This document shows, piece by piece, positions 16,779 through 26,071 of a DNA stretch of 64,000 nt (position 1 is the first letter of the stretch; the number at the start of each line of letters is the position of its first letter). The stretch lies in the NCBI GenBank assembly GCA_016390365.1, contig GCA_016390365.1_3043.1. One strand, written 5' to 3'. The translations under genes were made by a program, and so were the position numbers. Below the pieces are notes generated by a model. The model did no database searches and was not told the origin of the DNA. It worked only from the letters and a program-made list of their open reading frames with translations. Source of the stretch: a phage.

Positions 16779-17241
16779 ATGATTATTAATGAAAACTCTT
16801 GGCACTATAAATTATTCAAACTGTTTAACGACGAATGGAAACGACCTAAGACACTGTGTGCATACTTTTGGTCTATTGTTATCCCTACATTTTTCGTTTC
16901 TTTTTTCGGATGTACTATACTCGCAGGTCTAACTATTATCTGTGCAGAAATCATACAGAAATGGCTTATTTTTTGGTAGTTTATGGACTCTTATTCCATC
17001 AGCATTTATACTTGCCATTTTGCTTATTTTACTTATTATTGGTTCATTTGTTATTCCTGCACAACTGCATGAAAAATATAAAGATTATAAATGGAAAAAG
17101 GATTATGCTTTACATGTAGAAAATATTGATAGGGCGTATAAAGGTTTACCTCCTATTCAACCCAAGAAATCTATTATCGTCGAATTTTTAAAAGCGCGTA
17201 AAGCTAAAGTATGTCCTGTTATTGAATATAAGGCTGAATGA
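16779..17241 (+). pseudogene. membrane-protein gene split by a 1-nt frameshift in a T6 run (16969-16974)
   Basis: ORF 16779-16979 ends 5 nt after the T-run; ORF 16942-17241 has only a GTG start, no RBS and no internal Met; one fewer T gives a 153-aa protein. Confidence 0.45.
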
Positions 17242-18251
17242 TGAAAACAGTAATGAAAAGCTATTTTGGTAGTCATCTTTATGGAACTTCTACCCCAGAA
17301 TCTGATGTAGATTTTAAAGAAATCTTTGTTCCTCCTGCTCGCGATATTCTTATCGGAAATGTCAAAGAGCACATGAGTAAAAACACTAACAACACATCAT
17401 CTAAAAACACTAAAGATGATATTGACCATGAACTATACAGTCTTAAGTATTTCTTTAAATTAGCGGCAGATGGTGAAACTGTAGCGTTGGATATGCTTCA
17501 CACTCCACCTGAACTAGTGGTTAAATCTGATTTGCCTGATGTGTGGAAGTTTATTCAAGACAACCGTTCTCGTTTTTATACGACTAACATGAAATCATAT
17601 TTAGGATATGTCCGCAAGCAAGCTTCTAAATACGGTGTCAAGGGTTCTCGTTTGGCTGCATTACGTGATGTATTGAAAGTAGTTAATCAAATCCCTGAGC
17701 AATGGGTTGATTACCAAGAAGATGGTTCTATTAAGCAGCGTCGTACTAAAGTTGAAGATATTAAGCATCGTCTTCCAGAAAACGAATTCTGTGAATGGGT
17801 GTTCCATAATCATGAGAAAACAGGCCCACAAACGTTCTACACTGTGTTGGGTCGTAAATATCAGACAACTCTTTCTCTTATTGAGCTTAAGCAGTCACTG
17901 AACAAATTAGATGCTGAATACGGTGAACGTGCTCGTAAGGCCGAAGCCAACGAAGGCATTGACTGGAAAGCTCTGAGCCATGCTTGTCGTGGTGGACTTC
18001 AACTATTGGAAATTTACAAAACTGGTGACTTGGTTTATCCACTCCAAGATGCTCCATTTATTCTCGACGTGAAGTTGGGTAAGCATCCATTTAAAACAGT
18101 TCAAGAGTTTTTGGAAGATGTGGTCGATCAAGTAGAAGCAGCATCTACTGAAGCTTCTAAGAACGGTATGCAGCAAAAAGTAGACATGGGTTTCTGGGAT
18201 GACTTCCTTGAGAAGGTTTATCTTGAAAACCACCGAAGTTATTATAAATGA
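17238..18251 (+). CDS. Pol-beta-superfamily nucleotidyltransferase-fold protein with helical C-terminal domain
   Basis: Motif YFGSHLYGTSTPESDVDF at residues 9-26 fits hG[GS]x9-13Dh[DE]; 337 aa. Confidence 0.55.
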   Translation: MMKTVMKSYFGSHLYGTSTPESDVDFKEIFVPPARDILIGNVKEHMSKNTNNTSSKNTKDDIDHELYSLKYFFKLAADGETVALDMLHTPPELVVKSDLPDVWKFIQDNRSRFYTTNMKSYLGYVRKQASKYGVKGSRLAALRDVLKVVNQIPEQWVDYQEDGSIKQRRTKVEDIKHRLPENEFCEWVFHNHEKTGPQTFYTVLGRKYQTTLSLIELKQSLNKLDAEYGERARKAEANEGIDWKALSHACRGGLQLLEIYKTGDLVYPLQDAPFILDVKLGKHPFKTVQEFLEDVVDQVEAASTEASKNGMQQKVDMGFWDDFLEKVYLENHRSYYK

Positions 18252-18252
18252 T

Positions 18253-18279
18253 AGGGAGCCTTCGGGCTCCCTTTTTTTT
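18253..18279 (+). terminator. intrinsic terminator
   Basis: GGGAGCC-TTCG-GGCTCCC then T8. Confidence 0.75.
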
Positions 18280-18288
18280 ATTTCAAAA

Positions 18289-18358
18289 ATTTTTTCACAA
18301 AATTGTTTACAAGCATAAAGCTTTATGGTACTATACAACTATCAACTGATACGGATTT
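18289..18358 (+). promoter_or_regulatory. early promoter cassette, copy 3 (diverged)
   Basis: -35 GTTTAC 18305-18310, 18 nt spacer, -10 TACTAT 18329-18334; shares flanks with copy 1. Confidence 0.6.
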
Positions 18359-18368
18359 GGAGAATAAA

Positions 18369-19337
18369 ATGAAAACTGTAACTATCAATAAGGGTATTTA
18401 CTTCGGTAAAGAAATCTCTGGAACTTTTGAGCTCTTAGGCGAATGGTTCCCAGATAATGCTCCAGTAGATGCACAAGGAGATGGTAAAGTTTTTGTTGAA
18501 ATTGACGGTAAACGTCGCGGTGTTTGGGTTTACAAATCAGACATTTCATATGATGGTGTAAAAGTTGAAGAAGTTAAAGAATCGTATGAAGATATGAAAA
18601 CCCGCATTAATAAAAGATTTAATGTTATGGGAATGATGACGAATGGTATTATTAACGGAAACATTCGTTCATTAATTATCTCTGGTGCGGCAGGCATTGG
18701 TAAAACGTATTCTTTAGATAAAGCTTTAAATAAAGCAAATGATATTGGATACATTGAATATAAAAGCATTAATGGTAAAATCTCTGGTATTGGTCTTTAT
18801 GAACAGCTTTGGAATAATCGTGAAGAGAATTCTGTCCTTTTGATTGATGATGTGGATGTTTTCTCTGATATGGACATTCTTAATCTTCTGAAAGCTGCTC
18901 TGGACACCGGAGAGACCCGTAAAGTCTGCTGGAGCACTGCGTCTTCTTACTTAGAAGAAAAAGGCATTGAGCGTGAGTTTGAATTTAAAGGAACGATTGT
19001 TTTTATCACAAACGTTGACATTGACCGCGAATTAGACCGTGGTACTAAACTTGCTCCACATTTACAAGCATTAGTGTCCCGCTCAGTTTATTTGGATTTG
19101 GGTGTTCACACTAATGAAGAAATTATGGTCAGGGTTGAAGATGTTATTCTTTCAACTGACATGATGCAAAAGCGCGGTCTTTCTGATGAAGAAACTTATA
19201 AAGCATTATCATGGATGAAAGTTAATGTTAATCGTTTACGCAATGTTTCACTGCGTACTGCTCTTTATCTTGCTGACTTTATTATGACCGACAAAAACGG
19301 TTGGGAAGAAATTGCTGAGGTTACTCTTCTGAAATAA
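18369..19337 (+). CDS. AAA+ ATPase-like protein
   Basis: ATG 18369 after GGAG; Walker A GAAGIGKT, Walker B VLLIDDVD, sensor-like FITN. Confidence 0.55.
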   Translation: MKTVTINKGIYFGKEISGTFELLGEWFPDNAPVDAQGDGKVFVEIDGKRRGVWVYKSDISYDGVKVEEVKESYEDMKTRINKRFNVMGMMTNGIINGNIRSLIISGAAGIGKTYSLDKALNKANDIGYIEYKSINGKISGIGLYEQLWNNREENSVLLIDDVDVFSDMDILNLLKAALDTGETRKVCWSTASSYLEEKGIEREFEFKGTIVFITNVDIDRELDRGTKLAPHLQALVSRSVYLDLGVHTNEEIMVRVEDVILSTDMMQKRGLSDEETYKALSWMKVNVNRLRNVSLRTALYLADFIMTDKNGWEEIAEVTLLK

Positions 19338-19435
19338 TTCATAAGAGGACTTCTATGACAAAAAGGCAGTTCAGAAATAGATTATATGGACTGCCATTAA
19401 AAAGATGACTAGAATTAAACTGGTGAATGGAGGTA

Positions 19436-19741
19436 ATGATGTTATACTCAAAGGCTCGTGAAATTTACGAAACTAAAATTAAAGAAGCAGTATTTAAGTT
19501 CGCAACGACAATGCGATGGACAAATGACTGGGAGTATTCAAAAAATCATAAGAAGCCCATGGTGACAAGAAAGGCTCATATGTTAGTGTTAATAGACCGT
19601 GAGCAGATTAAAGCCCGAGAAGCCCTCCAGAATCATAAAAAGGCTGCCTTTGAATGGTTTATGGATAACACTGCTCCTGAGACTAAGAAAGCGGTAAGCG
19701 CATGGTTCAGTGGAAAAAATTGTGAAAGAAGTTTCTTTTAG
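19436..19741 (+). CDS. hypothetical basic protein
   Basis: ATG 19436/19439 just after GGAGG (track start 19427). Confidence 0.45.
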   Translation: MMLYSKAREIYETKIKEAVFKFATTMRWTNDWEYSKNHKKPMVTRKAHMLVLIDREQIKAREALQNHKKAAFEWFMDNTAPETKKAVSAWFSGKNCERSFF

Positions 19742-19743
19742 TG

Positions 19744-19773
19744 GTTTACAAGACTGTTCCTCTGTGGTACTAT
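19744..19773 (+). promoter_or_regulatory. early promoter cassette, copy 5 (partial)
   Basis: -35 GTTTAC 19744-19749, 18 nt spacer, -10 TACTAT, followed by the cassette tail CAACTATCAACTAC. Confidence 0.55.
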
Positions 19774-19801
19774 ACAACTATCAACTACGGAGGAACACAA
19801 A

Positions 19802-20329
19802 ATGAACGCTAAAGATATTTTCAACCTGGTAAATTACAACGATGGTAAATTTAAATCTGAAGCACAAAGCAAGTTCTTTAATGACATCTCAATCGGAGGT
19901 GAAATCACGGTTGATGGAGGACAAATTTACAAATCTCGTTGGAATTGGATCGTTATTATCGATGAGATTGGTATTGTAGAAATTTACAAGAATACGAATA
20001 AAAATCGTACATTACACTGGTCTCGTGATACTAACGAACAGTACAAAAAGGATAAAGCATCTAAATTATCTCGTGTAACTCAAGAAGATATTGAGTTCAT
20101 CAAGAAAGATATTTTGATGTATGATAACTTAATTGCTGAAGAGCAAGCTGTTATTGATAAATTTGACGAGATTAAAGCTTCTCGTGAAATTCCTGATTTT
20201 ATGAAAGAATCAGTAAATGAACGATACACTCTCATTTCAGAGCGTATTGAAACTTACAAAAAGCAAAGAGCTGAACGCCAGAATACTCTTCGGAAGTTTG
20301 AAGAACGGTTAAAGACGGTACTCGCATAA
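19802..20329 (+). CDS. hypothetical protein
   Basis: GGAGG RBS; track ORF. Confidence 0.55.
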   Translation: MNAKDIFNLVNYNDGKFKSEAQSKFFNDISIGGEITVDGGQIYKSRWNWIVIIDEIGIVEIYKNTNKNRTLHWSRDTNEQYKKDKASKLSRVTQEDIEFIKKDILMYDNLIAEEQAVIDKFDEIKASREIPDFMKESVNERYTLISERIETYKKQRAERQNTLRKFEERLKTVLA

Positions 20330-20384
20330 CCGCTTTATACCAAGGATGGTATAATGGTTCTAAGCCCTTTTAATTGAGATTATT

Positions 20385-20792
20385 ATGAAACAGTTGATAA
20401 TTAAAAGATTGAATTTATTGATATGTTGTTTATGTATAGTAATTGCATATGGTTATTACGCAATTAATGATTATATGCATTATAAAGATTATGATGTTAC
20501 TGTAGTTAATACCTTTACAGGAACTCAAGGAAAGGGGTCTAGTTTATCGTTTATTGCCGTATATGAACTAAATGACGGTTATAGATTTAGCGAATATATT
20601 TCACCGGAGATGTATTCTTCAATAGAAAAAGGTGATAATATTACTGTAAGTTTACGTCCTTTCGACGTAAAACAGACATTGTTTGATAATATTGTTTGGT
20701 TCTTTGGAATGGTATTAGTTCAATCTGTGTGTGGTGCTTATATAGTCTGTTCCATCTTATTCTGTATATTTAGTAAAATTGAAATTGAGTGA
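20385..20792 (+). CDS. membrane protein (N- and C-terminal hydrophobic helices)
   Basis: Track ORF; hydrophobic segments LLICCLCIVIAYGYY and VWFFGMVLVQSVCGAYIVCSILFCIF. Confidence 0.5.
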   Translation: MKQLIIKRLNLLICCLCIVIAYGYYAINDYMHYKDYDVTVVNTFTGTQGKGSSLSFIAVYELNDGYRFSEYISPEMYSSIEKGDNITVSLRPFDVKQTLFDNIVWFFGMVLVQSVCGAYIVCSILFCIFSKIEIE

Positions 20793-20799
20793 GGAAAAT

Positions 20800-21687
20800 A
20801 TGTCAGTAGTAATTAATAATGTCAATGCAGTAATTAAATCTTTAGTTAATAAAAAATTGAATGAATGGACTGTACTTCGTCGTGGAGAGCCAGATAAATT
20901 TTTTCATAGATTTAACCCAACTTTGGATTTGAATGTTATTGACAGAGATGTTCATGCTGAAATATTAGATAAGTTTAAAGTTGATATTGGGTTTGGATTA
21001 GATAAACATTTACAACGAACAAACGGGTCTGGAATGGGTTTATCTAATCGCATCATGAAAGCCCTTAATAAAATTGGAGCGTTGTCTCGTATTAATGCGA
21101 GTGAAATCCTTCGCAATTATAATAAAGGATATGACCTTTATGGTCGACTAATGCCGAAATTATCATTCGATCAAATGATTGCGGATTTGTGGGAAAATCA
21201 ACGACGATTATTAGCATTAGGCGCTCGATTAGCTAAAGGTCTAGATAAACAAATGATTTTTAAGACCAATAATACAGAAGACCTTAAATGCTTTAAATTT
21301 AGTATTCGTGGCGATGATTATTATATCAGAGCTCACTCTACAGATTATGTTAATATGGGGCATCATCTCTGTTTAGCTTTTGAAGTTTTAAAAGAAGCCG
21401 GAACATTAGAATATTCATCTGGTGCAAAATGCCCTATTGGTTCAAGTTGTATTTTAATTTATCGCCCGGATGAATCCAGTTCAACTAAATTGCCTACAAA
21501 ACCTGTACCAGTTCGTAGTAATGAAAAACATTCTGAGCAAATTGATTATTTTAATAAGCAAATTGAAGAGCTGAATATTTCTATTCAACAATATGATGAT
21601 GAAATTTTCAGACTATCTGGACTGAGTAGTAAAGCTAAATCTGAGCGTGAAAAGTTAATTAAAATTATCGATTTACTTAAATCTTAA
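20800..21687 (+). CDS. paralog-array protein 1 (C-terminal coiled coil)
   Basis: ATG 20800 after GAGGAAA; internal RLLALGARLAKG motif. Confidence 0.5.
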   Translation: MSVVINNVNAVIKSLVNKKLNEWTVLRRGEPDKFFHRFNPTLDLNVIDRDVHAEILDKFKVDIGFGLDKHLQRTNGSGMGLSNRIMKALNKIGALSRINASEILRNYNKGYDLYGRLMPKLSFDQMIADLWENQRRLLALGARLAKGLDKQMIFKTNNTEDLKCFKFSIRGDDYYIRAHSTDYVNMGHHLCLAFEVLKEAGTLEYSSGAKCPIGSSCILIYRPDESSSTKLPTKPVPVRSNEKHSEQIDYFNKQIEELNISIQQYDDEIFRLSGLSSKAKSEREKLIKIIDLLKS

Positions 21688-21695
21688 GGAACACC

Positions 21696-22718
21696 ATGAA
21701 AACTCGTTCTCAAATTGAAGATATGGTTCGTAATGCCAGCTATACTCGTGATGCTATGACATTTTTGTGCGAAAATAATTTAGACCTTGGTAAAGTTAAT
21801 TGTTCCATTCACGCCTTTAAACATCTGAACAGCAGTGAATGGGTGCGTAATTTTAATGAAGCTGGGTATATTACTCAAATGACTGCTCGTGAACAGCTCA
21901 CCGATTTCTGTAAAACTATTGATTATAAAAATCCTCTATTTGTTCAAGGTGTTGGTCAGAGTAAGGTCGATTTATCATCTGGATTTTTTAATCCAAATCA
22001 TTATCGTCTTGAATGGAGATTTATTGCTCTATTCCGTAAACAATTAAAGCAAATTTTGTCGACGGCTAGTCGATTAAAAGGCTCTGATATTAACTTAAAG
22101 AATCTGAAATTTGATGGTTATACTCTTCAGATGGAAGTAAGACCGTTAAAAGAAAATAATAGAACTGCACGAATTAGCTTTAAGCCTAATACTAAAAATT
22201 CTCTTTCAATTTGTGAATGCCTTAAATCACAGTTGACAGAAGCATTTAAGTATATGGATGTAGTTGCCGTGGTTCAGTCTAAGATTTTACCTCATTTTGA
22301 GCGAAATTGGGAACATACAACAACGTATGAACTTGATATGATCGTTTCATTTAAATACGATTTTTTGAGAAAGGACGAAGTCCCGCAAGAGAAAAAGCAG
22401 GAAGTGCAAGATATCTTAAATTTATCCAATTACTCATCAAATGATCCTAAATTTTGGATGTATAGTTCAGGTAATAAAGATACATGGAAATTCAATAAAG
22501 TGAATTTTCTTCCTATTGAAAATCCGAGTCTTAAACCTGTTGAAAAATGGCACGCGGATGCGATTGAGAAGTCCCTTAAGGCAGTAGATGATGAACTCGT
22601 TAAAGCGACCAATGAAGTGTTAGAAGCTGAAAAGATGCTAGAAAAAGCACAAGAAAAAGTCAAAAATCTCACGAAGCAACGTTCTAAACTGAACAATGCA
22701 TTAAATGCACTGAACTAG
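21696..22718 (+). CDS. paralog-array protein 2 (C-terminal coiled coil)
   Basis: Internal FRKQLKQILSTASRLKG motif; C-terminal heptads. Confidence 0.55.
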   Translation: MKTRSQIEDMVRNASYTRDAMTFLCENNLDLGKVNCSIHAFKHLNSSEWVRNFNEAGYITQMTAREQLTDFCKTIDYKNPLFVQGVGQSKVDLSSGFFNPNHYRLEWRFIALFRKQLKQILSTASRLKGSDINLKNLKFDGYTLQMEVRPLKENNRTARISFKPNTKNSLSICECLKSQLTEAFKYMDVVAVVQSKILPHFERNWEHTTTYELDMIVSFKYDFLRKDEVPQEKKQEVQDILNLSNYSSNDPKFWMYSSGNKDTWKFNKVNFLPIENPSLKPVEKWHADAIEKSLKAVDDELVKATNEVLEAEKMLEKAQEKVKNLTKQRSKLNNALNALN

Positions 22719-22747
22719 TTTACTTTACCACAAGGATGTGGTATAAT
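22718..22747 (+). promoter_or_regulatory. early promoter
   Basis: -35 GTTTAC 22718-22723, 18 nt spacer, extended -10 TGTGGTATAAT. Confidence 0.55.
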
Positions 22748-22775
22748 GTTCTTACTTTCTACTGAGGAGATTATT

Positions 22776-23777
22776 ATGACTCGTAACGAATATATCAAAT
22801 CATTCAATAGCGTTATTGATGATAAAGCTATACCGATGTTTGGTCAAAATATCGTTCTTTCTATTATCAATCAATGGCTCAATAGTGTTGATGCAAGTAT
22901 TGTTTCTTCTACTAAATTTATTCATGAAATTCGTAAAATTTCTAGCCGTGTAGATAAAGATGTTATCAAGAAAACCTTTAAAGAGTCTCGTCTTCTTTCA
23001 TATTTGGTTAATCGGGATATTCTTGGTAATTTTGGGAAAGAAATTAAACGAACTAAAGATGTAGTAGGATATAATTGGTTCGGTGATGTTAATTCTTATC
23101 ATCTCAATAATAAAGAAGACCCTGAGAATATTTTTACTCGTCGTTGGATTAGTAATTTCAGACTTTTCAAGAAGCAAATTCTAAAATCAGCTTCTAAATT
23201 ATGTTATGGCGATTATCGTCAAATTCATCCTTTGGCTTCTGATATGATTATCATAAAAGAATATGAACTTGATAAAAATAAAGTAGCTATTTTTGTGAAT
23301 TATGGATTTTTTACACCAGAAACTAACCAAAAGAACATTAATAAATTTTTCTCAATTGCTAGCACTATAACTCGTCAATTAGAGACCGCATTACTTTGTA
23401 TGGAAACAGTAGAAAATATTCATACATATCCTTTTAAGAATATATGCGGTTGGGAAGGATATAAAATTGTAGTTAGTCTTCGTGAAGTGAAATGTACTTA
23501 TTCACCTACTAGTAAAGAAATTTACCAACAAAAATGTGATGAAATTGTGAATACTCCTAAAGAAGAAACTACCCTTGAGGAACTAATGGAATGTCTTGAT
23601 GATTCACCTGAACCGGTAGAAATTCGTCCAGAAGTTATTGCACTAGAAAAAGCTTATAAAGAAGTTCTAGAAATTTCTAATAAAGCGCAGAAAGAATATG
23701 AGCAGGCTAAAAGGATTTGGGAAGAATCTGTTAATCGCCTGGATCGTCTTGAACAAGCTTTACAGTTAATTAAGTAA
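22776..23777 (+). CDS. paralog-array protein 3 (C-terminal coiled coil)
   Basis: ATG 22776 after GAGGAG (track start 22746 lies inside the promoter -10); internal FKKQILKSASKL motif. Confidence 0.55.
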   Translation: MTRNEYIKSFNSVIDDKAIPMFGQNIVLSIINQWLNSVDASIVSSTKFIHEIRKISSRVDKDVIKKTFKESRLLSYLVNRDILGNFGKEIKRTKDVVGYNWFGDVNSYHLNNKEDPENIFTRRWISNFRLFKKQILKSASKLCYGDYRQIHPLASDMIIIKEYELDKNKVAIFVNYGFFTPETNQKNINKFFSIASTITRQLETALLCMETVENIHTYPFKNICGWEGYKIVVSLREVKCTYSPTSKEIYQQKCDEIVNTPKEETTLEELMECLDDSPEPVEIRPEVIALEKAYKEVLEISNKAQKEYEQAKRIWEESVNRLDRLEQALQLIK

Positions 23778-23829
23778 TTTAAAGCCAAGGATGGCTCGGA
23801 GTATAAATCATTAACCAAGTGAGAAGAAC

Positions 23830-24759
23830 ATGAAAACTCGTAAACATTATATTGATTATTTTGACAGTCTTATTACTAAACATCGTAATTATCAGATAGG
23901 GCACAGAGCAGTAATCAATAATATTCTTCGTGATTTCCTTCAATATGTTGGCCAGGAAAATCATATCTGTAAAGATACTCAAAACGCTTATTCTCATTCG
24001 TTAGGCAATTTGCTTGAATGGTTTAAACGTTCTCGTATGTTATCTTCTACTGTAGCTCGCGATAACATTAAAAACTTTATGAAGCCGAGCTTCATTAAAT
24101 CTGAGACATCTATAACCGATTTGGTTGAATTTACTATTGTTAACGATGTTAAAAAGACTCATTTGGCTGATTGGTTATCTACCATTCCCGAAACTAAATT
24201 TGCTGATAAATTCGCTTGTCAATTCAATGACCAAGTGAATATGCTTTTTAAGCATGCTCGTAAACTATTTACCGCGGGCGATGACCGTACAAATACAGTT
24301 CATGTTAAGGATTGGGTTATTGCTGATGAAGTAACACACAAGCCAGGTGGTTCATCAGTATTAATTAATATCCAGGTTCCTTATTATTACTCACGTAATC
24401 TCGGCACCATGACAGCTAGAGAAATTAATAAGCACAACAAAATTATTCGTTCGTTGTCTTATAAACTCTGCACGATGGTGGAGATGATGGACGTAGTGGA
24501 AATGTATGACGAAACCGAAGATAATGGTTCAATGCTGTACAGTTCACGCATTCTAATTAAACTGAAGAACCCTAATACATATAAGCAAGTTGTAAAAGAA
24601 CCTAAAGCAGAAAAGGCTGATAATCTGAGTGAAGAACGCGAATATCTCAATGCTCGTTTGATTGAAGTTGAAGCCCAAATTGCAGAACACACCAAATTGT
24701 TAAAAGCTCTTAATGCAAAAGCAAATGGTTTACGTAATGCTATTGAGGTATTGAAATGA
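23830..24759 (+). CDS. paralog-array protein 4 (C-terminal coiled coil)
   Basis: N-terminus MKTRK like protein 2 (MKTRS); C-terminal heptads. Confidence 0.55.
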   Translation: MKTRKHYIDYFDSLITKHRNYQIGHRAVINNILRDFLQYVGQENHICKDTQNAYSHSLGNLLEWFKRSRMLSSTVARDNIKNFMKPSFIKSETSITDLVEFTIVNDVKKTHLADWLSTIPETKFADKFACQFNDQVNMLFKHARKLFTAGDDRTNTVHVKDWVIADEVTHKPGGSSVLINIQVPYYYSRNLGTMTAREINKHNKIIRSLSYKLCTMVEMMDVVEMYDETEDNGSMLYSSRILIKLKNPNTYKQVVKEPKAEKADNLSEEREYLNARLIEVEAQIAEHTKLLKALNAKANGLRNAIEVLK

Positions 24760-25070
24760 AAAAGCGTCTATTAGAAGACATTGCAGCTTCAAGTAATTCC
24801 AGTTTAATTAAAATTATTATGGCCGGTGAAGAAGACGATTTGGAAATGCGTGGAAAGATTCATGGTTGTGATGATTATAGCAGCCCTATTAATTGGGATT
24901 CTGTAATGGTCATGGTTGAACGCCGCGAACGTGCTTCTAAAAACGTTCCTAATTGCCCTGAATGTGGAACTGAACAGGTGCAATTGGTCCATTGGCAGAC
25001 TAGTAATCTTCGTTATAAATGTCGCCATTGTAAACACCGATTTGACCGAGAAGAAAATGACAAAGCGTAA
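24756..25070 (+). CDS. zinc-ribbon protein
   Basis: CPECG...18 aa...CRHCKH pattern. Confidence 0.5.
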   Translation: MKKRLLEDIAASSNSSLIKIIMAGEEDDLEMRGKIHGCDDYSSPINWDSVMVMVERRERASKNVPNCPECGTEQVQLVHWQTSNLRYKCRHCKHRFDREENDKA

Positions 25071-25299
25071 AGAATATATGGAGGCTGCTGAAAAGGCAGT
25101 CCGTGAATTAGCAATAGCTTATTATAATGAACACGGTAAATTTCCTGATAGATACAGCGTGCTTAAATCTGCTTTAACTCGTTCATATAAAAATATGCTA
25201 TCAGAAGTAAGTGATATTATATACAAACATAAAGAACAAACAGGCCAAAGTCTTGATTACGACGAGACTTTTAAACAAGTATTAGGAATTAAGGAATAA
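25057..25299 (+). CDS. hypothetical protein
   Basis: ATG 25057 (track ORF starts at 24916). Confidence 0.45.
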   Translation: MTKRKEYMEAAEKAVRELAIAYYNEHGKFPDRYSVLKSALTRSYKNMLSEVSDIIYKHKEQTGQSLDYDETFKQVLGIKE

Positions 25300-25300
25300 T

Positions 25301-25564
25301 ATGTTTAAAGTATATGGTTATGATAGCAACATCCACAAATGCGTGTATTGCGATAATGCAAAACGTCTTTTGACCGTGAAGAAACAGCCGTTTGAATTTA
25401 TCAACATTATGCCGGAAAAAGGTGTTTTTGATGATGAGAAAATCGCTGAGCTTCTGACTAAACTAGGTCGTGATACTCAAATCGGCTTAACAGTGCCTCA
25501 GGTATTTGCTCCTGATGGAAGTCATATTGGTGGATTTGACCAATTGCGGGAATACTTTAAATGA
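25301..25564 (+). CDS. nrdC: phage thioredoxin/glutaredoxin
   Basis: 87 aa; CVYC active site; matches T4 NrdC as I recall. Confidence 0.85.
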   Translation: MFKVYGYDSNIHKCVYCDNAKRLLTVKKQPFEFINIMPEKGVFDDEKIAELLTKLGRDTQIGLTVPQVFAPDGSHIGGFDQLREYFK

Positions 25565-25776
25565 TGCTCGAAGGAACTGATTATATCCATGATTACCGCG
25601 GAAGCGCGGTATATGTAGGTGATGAAGTTGCAGTTTACTATGGGTATGGAACTTTAATGACAGCCAAGGTTATTCAAATTAAAAATAACCGTGCTAAACT
25701 CGAAGTTTATTATTCTAATGGCGAAAAGTCTATTTCTAAGTGGAAATACGGCGATTGCATGGTCAAACTGGGGTAA
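25561..25776 (+). CDS. hypothetical protein
   Basis: Track ORF; ATGA overlap. Confidence 0.5.
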   Translation: MMLEGTDYIHDYRGSAVYVGDEVAVYYGYGTLMTAKVIQIKNNRAKLEVYYSNGEKSISKWKYGDCMVKLG

Positions 25777-25778
25777 AT

Positions 25779-25949
25779 ATGATTTACGATATTAGTGTAT
25801 CAAGAACTCCATCAATGGTTACTATTCCAGCTGAAGAACTAGATCGTCTTCAGAAAATTGAAGAGCTTCTTTGGGAAATTGAATCTGATTTGCCATCAGG
25901 ACTAGAATCCTGGATTGATTATGAAGAACTTAATAAGCTTCGGGGTTAA
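25779..25949 (+). CDS. hypothetical small protein; may extend to 26082 across a frameshift
   Basis: ATG 25779; a +1-frame acidic ORF follows a G4 run (25942-25945) with no good start of its own. Confidence 0.4.
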   Translation: MIYDISVSRTPSMVTIPAEELDRLQKIEELLWEIESDLPSGLESWIDYEELNKLRG

Positions 25950-26071
25950 ACCCTGGTGGGCGGCTAGATGGGAAACTGTAGAGCCAGAGCCGGAAGAACC
26001 GGTTTACACTGATGAAGAAACAGTATATAATGAACCAACGATAAATGACTTAATTGATATGGAGATGGGAC

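Noticed and set aside
16856-17119. Track ORF 16856-17119
   Set aside because: Leu/Phe/Tyr-rich alternative frame inside the frameshifted membrane-protein gene.
23781-23810. Late promoter at TATAAATC (23797-23804)
   Set aside because: Not an exact TATAAATA; more likely a weak early-type -10.
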